Shown piece after piece: positions 58,261 through 64,000 of a DNA stretch of 64,000 nucleotides (its first letter is position 1; each line of letters opens with the position of its first letter). Under the pieces are notes generated by a model. It did not search any database, had not been told where the DNA came from, and saw nothing but the letters and a program-made list of their open reading frames with translations. The stretch lies in assembly GCA_963826605.1 (NCBI GenBank), contig CAWGXN010000001.1, forward strand, positions 1,769,440 to 1,833,439, in the 5' to 3' direction. The position numbers were made by a program, and so were the translations under genes. The stretch comes from an uncultured Alphaproteobacteria bacterium. GTDB taxonomy: Bacteria; Pseudomonadota; Alphaproteobacteria; MPNO01; DASWLB01.

Positions 58261-60219
58261 CTACGCATCCTGGGCGTACGAAAGCCGCTCCCGTTCCGCC
58301 GGCTCGATGCGTCGCTCCTTCGGCAGGAATACGCGGACGGTGGTTCCCATTCCGACACTGGTCTCGATGCTGATCGATCCGCCGTGCAGCTGGACAAGCT
58401 GCTGGACCATGGGCAATCCCAGCCCGGTCCCCTCGTAGCGCCGGTTCATCGCCCGATCGATCTGCCGGAACGCCTCGAGTGCGATCGGGACATCTTCCGG
58501 CCGCATGCCGATCCCGGTGTCGGCGATGGCGATGGCGACGTCGCCATAATTGGTGCTGCCGGCGGACATCGCGATCGTCCCGCCGGGCGGCGTGAACTTG
58601 ATGGCGTTCGACAGCAGGTTGAGGACGACCTGATTGATCCGGCGCGCGTCGGCGCGCAGCAGCGGCAGGTCGGGCTCGACCGCGATCGAGATCGAGAGCC
58701 CGGCGCGCTGCGCCCGTTCGGCGACAAGCTGATGGCAGTCGGCCATCACCTTTTCGACATCGACATTGCTTTCGTCCAAATCCATTCGGCCGACCTCGAT
58801 CTTCGAGAGATCGAGAAGATCGTTGATCAAGCTTAGCAGGTGGCTTCCCGCCGAGAAGATGTCGCGCGCGTAGCCCTGGTATCGCTCGGGCAGCGGTCCC
58901 ATCATCGAATCGCGTATGACCTCGGAAAAGCCCAGGATGGCGTTCAAGGGCGTGCGCAATTCGTGGCTCATATGGGTGAGAAACTCGCTCTTGCTCTGGC
59001 TGGCGGCTTCGGCCTGCTCCTTGGCGATCCTGAGGGACGTTTCGCGGTCCTTGAGCACCGTGATGTCGCTGCAAATGATCACGAAGCCGTCGTCGTCGGT
59101 CGGGCTGCGGCTGAGACGCAGCCATTGACCGTTCGCCGTGCGGATTTCGCCTTCTGCGTCGGACAGCGCGGCTTCGATCGGCGCGGGCAGTCGTGCCCCC
59201 ACGACGAATGCGTCGATGATGTCTCCGAAGAAGTTGGTGACCTGCGAGTTCCAGATGAGCATCCGATGGTCGCGATCGGTCAGGATGACGCCTTGATCCG
59301 ATCGCTCGATGGCATTGACGAGGCGGACCTGGGCCGAACGGCGCGCTTCGATCTCGCGCTGCATCATGGCCCGGATGTTGTCGCGCATGAGCGCCATCGA
59401 GCCGAGAAGGCGGCCCAGCTCGTCGTTGCCGGAAGATCCGATCTCGACCTCCAGCTCGCCCTCGGCGATGCGGCTCGCGGCATGCGACGCCACGGCGATC
59501 GGCCGGATCATCTGACGGGCGAGCAGGATCGTGACGACGACGGCGAGCAGCAAAGCGCCGACGGTCGCGGTCACGCTGAGGAGGCGGTAGTCGTTGATCG
59601 ATTGCAGCGCTCGCTCGCGGTGACGAAATCCATCGAGCGTGGTGCGTTCGACAAGATGGTCGAACAGCGCCTTCACCCTGGTCGCGGACGCGTACAGGGC
59701 CTTGCGATCGCCGCCGGAGGCCAGCGTCTCGCGGCGCGCCGTTTCCCAGGCGGCCACGGCCGACGCGGCGTCCACGGCGGCCTTCATGGCCGCGGGCGAC
59801 AGCCCCCTCTCCCTCGCGACATTGATGTTCTCGAAGATCGCCGTGGCGAGCCGGCTGCTGCGCAGCTCGAGCTTGTGCTTCAGCGCCGCGTCATGCGCCG
59901 CCTCCCATTGCGCGAGGAGCAGTTCCATCTCGGTGAACTGCGATAGCGCATAGCGCGCATAGCTGATGGCCATCAGCGGCTTGTCGTAGATCTCGGCGAC
60001 CAGCCTGCCGGACTCGACGACGCTCTTGATGCTGGAGATACCGAGCAATGCGGTGATGGCCGCAAGTGCGCAGAAGGCAAGGAAGATCTTGCCGCGAATG
60101 GTCACGGCCTTCGGGAATAGCCTGACCGCAGCCTCCAACAGCCGGCGCCCAGGCCGGAGCGTTCTCACCGCGCGAAGTGCGGCTGCCATGTGCAACACCG
60201 CGGAATGGCTTGAGTTCAA
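58261..60219 (-). CDS. membrane sensor histidine kinase (2 TM-HAMP-PAS-HisKA-HATPase)
   Basis: H-box SHELRTPLNA; NLLSNAIKF, DTGIGM and GTGLGLPMV; a HAMP region after the second TM helix. It lies 16 nt upstream of the peroxidase gene. Confidence 0.85.
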   Translation of the reverse strand: MNSSHSAVLHMAAALRAVRTLRPGRRLLEAAVRLFPKAVTIRGKIFLAFCALAAITALLGISSIKSVVESGRLVAEIYDKPLMAISYARYALSQFTEMELLLAQWEAAHDAALKHKLELRSSRLATAIFENINVARERGLSPAAMKAAVDAASAVAAWETARRETLASGGDRKALYASATRVKALFDHLVERTTLDGFRHRERALQSINDYRLLSVTATVGALLLAVVVTILLARQMIRPIAVASHAASRIAEGELEVEIGSSGNDELGRLLGSMALMRDNIRAMMQREIEARRSAQVRLVNAIERSDQGVILTDRDHRMLIWNSQVTNFFGDIIDAFVVGARLPAPIEAALSDAEGEIRTANGQWLRLSRSPTDDDGFVIICSDITVLKDRETSLRIAKEQAEAASQSKSEFLTHMSHELRTPLNAILGFSEVIRDSMMGPLPERYQGYARDIFSAGSHLLSLINDLLDLSKIEVGRMDLDESNVDVEKVMADCHQLVAERAQRAGLSISIAVEPDLPLLRADARRINQVVLNLLSNAIKFTPPGGTIAMSAGSTNYGDVAIAIADTGIGMRPEDVPIALEAFRQIDRAMNRRYEGTGLGLPMVQQLVQLHGGSISIETSVGMGTTVRVFLPKERRIEPAERERLSYAQDA

Positions 60220-60354
60220 AGGGCCGCGTCGTGCGGCAGGATGGCGGCGCCATCGATAACAAATCGTTAACGGGCGCGACCCTGGCCATACCCGTGCACG
60301 GCCCTGCGCGCGGCCGGCAGAGCCGCCGTCCGGCTGGATGCGGGGCGCCGATTT

Positions 60355-61443
60355 CTAGATTACGTGCGTGTGGTAGATGAAATGATGCAACCCGTAATAG
60401 GCGGACAGGAATGCCGTGAGGGCCAGGGCGTAGCCCGGCACGAGCTGCAACGGCCTCGGCAAGGGACCGGGCTTCCGCTCGCCGATCAGAAGGATCAGAA
60501 CCACGATGATGACCAGGTGCCCGACGGCATCGACCTGGCCGAACTCCGCGATCGCGCTCAGGAACATGACGCCCAGCACGAAGGCCGCGCTGCGGCGCAC
60601 CAGCGGTCCGCAGAGGAGCCCGAACCCCAGGCCGAACTCGATCACGCCGGCCGCCGTCATGTAGGTCAGCGCATCCATCCCGAGCGTGAGGTCGGAATGG
60701 GCCCGCAGAAGCGGAAAGGTCCAGTCCGGAAAGGCCCACTTTTCGATGGAGGCCCACATCAAGGTGATGCTGGTCGCATACCGCAGATAGTCGATCGGCC
60801 GCTTGCCCAGCACCGATTCGAGCTTCAGCCCCTTCAGGGCGAGGAACAGCGCGACGCCCAGGAAGATCGGGTAATCCAGCAGGTGGAACACGCCGTACTC
60901 GACCGTCGCGATGCCGTACAGGACGACGATTCCCGCGGCGCCGACAATCAACGTCGCATCCCAGACCATGCTGACGGCGATCATGACCTGGACCCAGGGA
61001 ACGAGCGGCGACGCCGATTTGAGCTCGGGCGTGATGATGAAGCCCCCTAACGCCCAGATCGCGACGAAAAAGGCCCCGACGCCGGCGCGCAGGAACGAGT
61101 CGGTACGGCCTTCGCAAAGCCGTCCAAGCCAGTCGAGGGGCCGCAGGAGCGCCGGGCCGGCGGGGGTTCTCCCCACATATTCCAGCCCGACCATGATGAC
61201 CAGGGCCAGCAGGGTGAAGAGCCAGAACGCCGGCGACAGCATCGCCTCCAGCGGCCGCGGCTGGGCCGGAACGTCATAAGGTGCGAACCACTTGACGTGC
61301 GCCCAAGCGGTCAGGGGAGCGCCGATGGCGATCAGCGTGATCGCGGACGCCGCGATCAGCGGCGGCAGCCGCACCCTCTGGCTCGACAACAGCCGCGCCC
61401 GCAAGCAAGCCACGGCGGAACGCCCTACCACGCGCAGGCCCAT
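60355..61443 (-). CDS. polytopic membrane protein of unknown function
   Basis: ATG 61443. About 9-10 hydrophobic helices. N-terminal AHVKWFAPYD motif. Confidence 0.6.
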   Translation of the reverse strand: MGLRVVGRSAVACLRARLLSSQRVRLPPLIAASAITLIAIGAPLTAWAHVKWFAPYDVPAQPRPLEAMLSPAFWLFTLLALVIMVGLEYVGRTPAGPALLRPLDWLGRLCEGRTDSFLRAGVGAFFVAIWALGGFIITPELKSASPLVPWVQVMIAVSMVWDATLIVGAAGIVVLYGIATVEYGVFHLLDYPIFLGVALFLALKGLKLESVLGKRPIDYLRYATSITLMWASIEKWAFPDWTFPLLRAHSDLTLGMDALTYMTAAGVIEFGLGFGLLCGPLVRRSAAFVLGVMFLSAIAEFGQVDAVGHLVIIVVLILLIGERKPGPLPRPLQLVPGYALALTAFLSAYYGLHHFIYHTHVI

Positions 61444-61611
61444 CACATTGCAACCTCGGCAGTTACACACGCCACGGTTGAACGGGGACCTTGTGAAGCG
61501 TCCCAACCCCATCCCGCCCCCGGGAACTTACGCTCCTTGGAAGCAGTTAAATCAAATTGAGGCAGTTCGTCAACAATTTACGGCAACTCGCGAGAACAAG
61601 GCGCTAACGCA

Positions 61612-61827
61612 ATGTTAACCCGGATTCGCGAAAACGCTCTGGCACGCAGCCGGAAGGTTTCCCAAAAAATGCTCGCAATTCTGGGTGTTCTCGGCGCTGT
61701 CCTCGGGTTGGCCCTGGCCGTCTTTGCGCACCGGGTGCCGAACCGACAGCCCACGATCGAAAAATGGAGCGGAGGGCTGTTCGTCGCCGGGCTGGCCCTG
61801 CTGGGAACCGCCTTCCCCCTCTTGTGA
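61612..61827 (+). CDS. possible small two-helix membrane protein
   Basis: Two hydrophobic segments (LAILGVLGAVLGLALAVF, LFVAGLALLGTAF). The start is uncertain (61612 or 61669). It lies in an AT-richer intergenic-like region. Confidence 0.3.
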   Translation: MLTRIRENALARSRKVSQKMLAILGVLGAVLGLALAVFAHRVPNRQPTIEKWSGGLFVAGLALLGTAFPLL

Positions 61828-61868
61828 CGTCGAGTTCACGGTGAAGACCGCGGCCGCAAGGCGCAGCG

Positions 61869-62738
61869 TCACGGCGCGCGGCCGATCGTCCTCTGCACAT
61901 AGATGGCGGCAACCAGCCGCTCGACCTGGCGGATGCTGACGATCGAGGAATCGTCCGCGATGCGGGCGCGGATCGCGGCGACGTCGTCGGCGCCGAGATG
62001 CTGGTTGGCCGCCAGCGCGCCCGCCACCTCGATCAGCACCTCCTTCGAAGGGGGCGCGAACTCGTAGGGCATCAGCCGGTCGATCAGCGCTTCATCCAGG
62101 AGGTCGAGCCGGTTGGTGGTGAGCACGACCGCCGTATGCGAGGTGTCGAGCTCGTCGATCGCATGGAAGAACACCGAGTTCTGGCTGAAATGCCATTCGC
62201 GCGCCGCGCCGGCGCTGCGCGCCATGAACAGCGACTCCACGTCGTCGAACAGCAGCACCGTGCGGCGCATGCCGTGCCCTTCGTGCAGGTGGCCCGGACC
62301 GGCGCCGTGGCGATGGCCGTGGCTCTCGCCTTCGCGCGCGTATTCGAACAGATCGGCGAGGCGCTCCTCGCTGTCGCCGTAGCGCCCGCGCGCAATGTCC
62401 GCGCCGTCGACCAGCACCAGCACCACCTCGTTCTCGGCGTCCTCCCGGCCGGTCTCGAAAATCCGGCCCAGCTCGTACGCAATGCGCTTCGCCATCGTCG
62501 TCTTGCCGACGCCGACCGCGCCGTGGAACAGGAATCCCTTGATCGCGCTGGACTGGATGTGCTCGCGCCACTGGTGAGCGACGAGCCGCGTCGTCTCGGC
62601 GAGGATGCGCGCGTAGCTCTCGCCCGCCATTTCGCGGGCGACCCGCCCGAGGCGGTCCGGTCCCGGCGCCTCGACGAAGTCGCCGAAGACGCCCTGCAGG
62701 CGTTCCCAGTCATACAGATTGACGTCGATGTCGCGCAC
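61869..62738 (-). CDS. AAA+ ATPase with a His-rich insertion
   Basis: GTG 62738 lies 2 nt after the upstream stop. Walker A GAVGVGKTT and Walker B VLLFDDVE. ESHGHRHGAGPGHLHEGHG lies between them. Confidence 0.8.
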   Translation of the reverse strand: MRDIDVNLYDWERLQGVFGDFVEAPGPDRLGRVAREMAGESYARILAETTRLVAHQWREHIQSSAIKGFLFHGAVGVGKTTMAKRIAYELGRIFETGREDAENEVVLVLVDGADIARGRYGDSEERLADLFEYAREGESHGHRHGAGPGHLHEGHGMRRTVLLFDDVESLFMARSAGAAREWHFSQNSVFFHAIDELDTSHTAVVLTTNRLDLLDEALIDRLMPYEFAPPSKEVLIEVAGALAANQHLGADDVAAIRARIADDSSIVSIRQVERLVAAIYVQRTIGRAP

Positions 62739-62740
62739 GC

Positions 62741-63262
62741 TCAGTCCTCGGGCGCCTTCTCGATCTGCTCGAGCACCGAGCCGCGGTCGACGCCGAGAAG
62801 ATCGGCGAGGTTGAGCTCGGCCTGCAACAGGACCGCCGGCTCGACCGCATCGAGGTTGACGTGCTGCACGTCCACGCCGTCGGAGCGGATCGGGATGTTG
62901 ATGACGTCCTCGGCTTCCCAGTCGTGGCGCACGTCGTCGAGCGTGGTGTAGCCGCGCCCCGCGACGATGTAGAGGATCTGTCCGCCGGGCGTGCGCTGCA
63001 CGCCGCTCCGCGAGCCGGGCGCGATCTCCTGGCGGAAGAACATCATCGAGCGGATCGCCGTGCCCTCGATCGCGGGGTGCAGGTACCACTGCATCTTGCC
63101 CTGGTCGTTCCGCTCCCACGGAACGTCGCTGCCCTTGATGATCCAGGCGCCGTTCCGCTGCAGCTTGCGCTGGCGGTCGCGCAGCCGATAGAGCCAGTCG
63201 AGCAGGTTCTCGGGACGGTCGCCGGGCGGGAACTCCGGCGTGCGGCGCTCCCCGTCGCTCAC
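62741..63262 (-). CDS. cupin-fold protein, beta-type (lacks the HxH metal motif)
   Basis: GTG 63262 overlaps the upstream TGA (GTGA). A cupin-like core (..GGQILYIVAGRGYTTLDD..DVINIPIRSDGVDVQHVN) has SGVQRTPGG where the HxH would be. Confidence 0.7.
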   Translation of the reverse strand: MSDGERRTPEFPPGDRPENLLDWLYRLRDRQRKLQRNGAWIIKGSDVPWERNDQGKMQWYLHPAIEGTAIRSMMFFRQEIAPGSRSGVQRTPGGQILYIVAGRGYTTLDDVRHDWEAEDVINIPIRSDGVDVQHVNLDAVEPAVLLQAELNLADLLGVDRGSVLEQIEKAPED

Positions 63263-63783
63263 CGCCGCGGCCCCCGCCGTCCGGTGCGGAACTCCGGATG
63301 CTGCTCGAGCTGCACCATCTCGCTCGCCCCCCATTCGTAAATCGCGGTGTGGATGAAGGCGATCCACTTCACCGGCTTTTCATCGTGCTTGTTGAAGTGC
63401 TGGTGCTCGACGCCGCCGGGCTTGATCGGCAGGAGCATCAGGTCGCCCGCCTCCCATTCCAGCCGCTCGCCGTCGACGATCGAGTGGCCCTCGCCCTCCA
63501 GTATGTAGATGACCAGCCCGCCCTGGTGGCGGTGCTTGCCGGAATGGATTTTGACCTCCTGGGTGAAGACGATCCAGCCGTCGAGCGCAGTCTCGGGCTT
63601 CAAGCCGGTGTAGCAGGAGGGCTGCATGTAGTTGCGGACGAGCCCCTGCCGGCTCATCTCCCACGGGTTTCCCTTGCCCCGAATGACCACCTGCCCGGTG
63701 AAGGAGCGATCGCGGTCGGCGCGCTGGGCGGCGATGATCTGCTCGTAGAATTCGCGTTCGCGAAGCCGCGTGCGCTCGCGCAT
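63259..63783 (-). CDS. cupin-fold metalloprotein, alpha-type (gentisate-dioxygenase N-domain-like)
   Basis: ATG 63783 follows GGGAGGA. Motif 1 is SGKHRHQGGLVIYILEGEG and motif 2 is GDLMLLPIKPGGVEHQHFN. Confidence 0.75.
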   Translation of the reverse strand: MRERTRLREREFYEQIIAAQRADRDRSFTGQVVIRGKGNPWEMSRQGLVRNYMQPSCYTGLKPETALDGWIVFTQEVKIHSGKHRHQGGLVIYILEGEGHSIVDGERLEWEAGDLMLLPIKPGGVEHQHFNKHDEKPVKWIAFIHTAIYEWGASEMVQLEQHPEFRTGRRGPRR

Positions 63784-63882
63784 CTCGTGTCCTCCCTGCC
63801 GGAAATCGACCATAGCATAGCTGGACGCGCTGATCGGAGTCCCGCTACGCTTCCGCGAAGACGTGAAGGGGCACTTCCGACA

Positions 63883-64000
63883 ATGGCCAGCACCGCGCCG
63901 CACCGCATCGACGTGCACCACCATTTCGTACCGCCCGCGTACAAGGCCGAAATGAACAAGAAGCGGCCTATGCAGCCCTGCATGCAGGACTGGACAGTCG
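63883..64000 (+). CDS. amidohydrolase-2 (ACMSD/decarboxylase-type) family protein, N-terminal fragment (continues past the window)
   Basis: MASTAPHRIDVHHHFVPPAY is the typical N-terminal HxH metal motif of the PF04909-type fold. It is divergent from the cupin/AAA operon and open to the window end. Confidence 0.55.
   Translation, partial: MASTAPHRIDVHHHFVPPAYKAEMNKKRPMQPCMQDWTV

Noticed and set aside
61594-61616. A third EcfG-like promoter (AGAAC-N15-TGTT) before the small membrane ORF
   Set aside because: Both half-sites and the spacer deviate from the consensus, and it overlaps the ATG at 61612. It would make sense only if the real start is 61669, so the evidence is too weak.

Overview
High-GC (about 68-70% by eye), densely coding chromosomal segment. 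REP/RIME-type intergenic palindromes and GGAAC-N16-CGTT (sigma-EcfG type) promoters suggest an alphaproteobacterium of the Rhizobiales type. I saw no rRNA, tRNA, CRISPR array, transposase or integrase.

Gene order:
- 1-8955: a translationally coupled glycan-type operon. It holds two SDR epimerases, a GH-A hydrolase, a B12-binding radical SAM enzyme, a GT4 glycosyltransferase, three tandem CgeB-like paralogs and a methyltransferase.
- 8977-10260: a small stress protein and a Mn-catalase, each with an EcfG-type promoter.
- 10337-15942: a formate-dehydrogenase-like operon. The alpha subunit has an in-frame TGA (selenocysteine) followed by a SECIS-like hairpin.
- 15991-17094: bacterial topoisomerase IB.
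- 17.1-31.2 kb: a catabolic island. Its most unusual content is four paralogs of a 3-hydroxyanthranilate-dioxygenase-like protein with a Cys4 tail (two A-type, two B-type). They sit with two small Rieske proteins, two creatinase-like M24 proteins, two luciferase-like monooxygenases, a MarR regulator, an ABC importer and a MetE-like protein.
- 31.6-38.9 kb: a Crp/Fnr regulator and an aromatic-type cluster (two FAD monooxygenases, a bicupin dioxygenase and hydrolases).
- 39.0-52.4 kb: an MHYT-PAS hybrid kinase and a REC-kinase directly upstream of a Tat-less, group-2a-like [NiFe]-hydrogenase with accessory genes and hypF/hypC/hypA.
- 52.4-57.0 kb: small operons (PhtD-like protein, Zn-ADH, COG0523 GTPase, CMD-family protein, cupredoxin).
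- 57.2-61.8 kb: di-haem peroxidase, sensor kinase and membrane proteins, with visibly lower GC.
- 61.9-64.0 kb: split cupin alpha/beta, a His-rich AAA+ ATPase and a divergent amidohydrolase-2 gene.

Thirteen reading-frame breaks disrupt 11 otherwise recognisable genes, and a possible 14th lies at the hypF/hypC junction. Every break fits a single extra base. I read this as assembly insertion error rather than gene decay, but I cannot prove it from the sequence alone.
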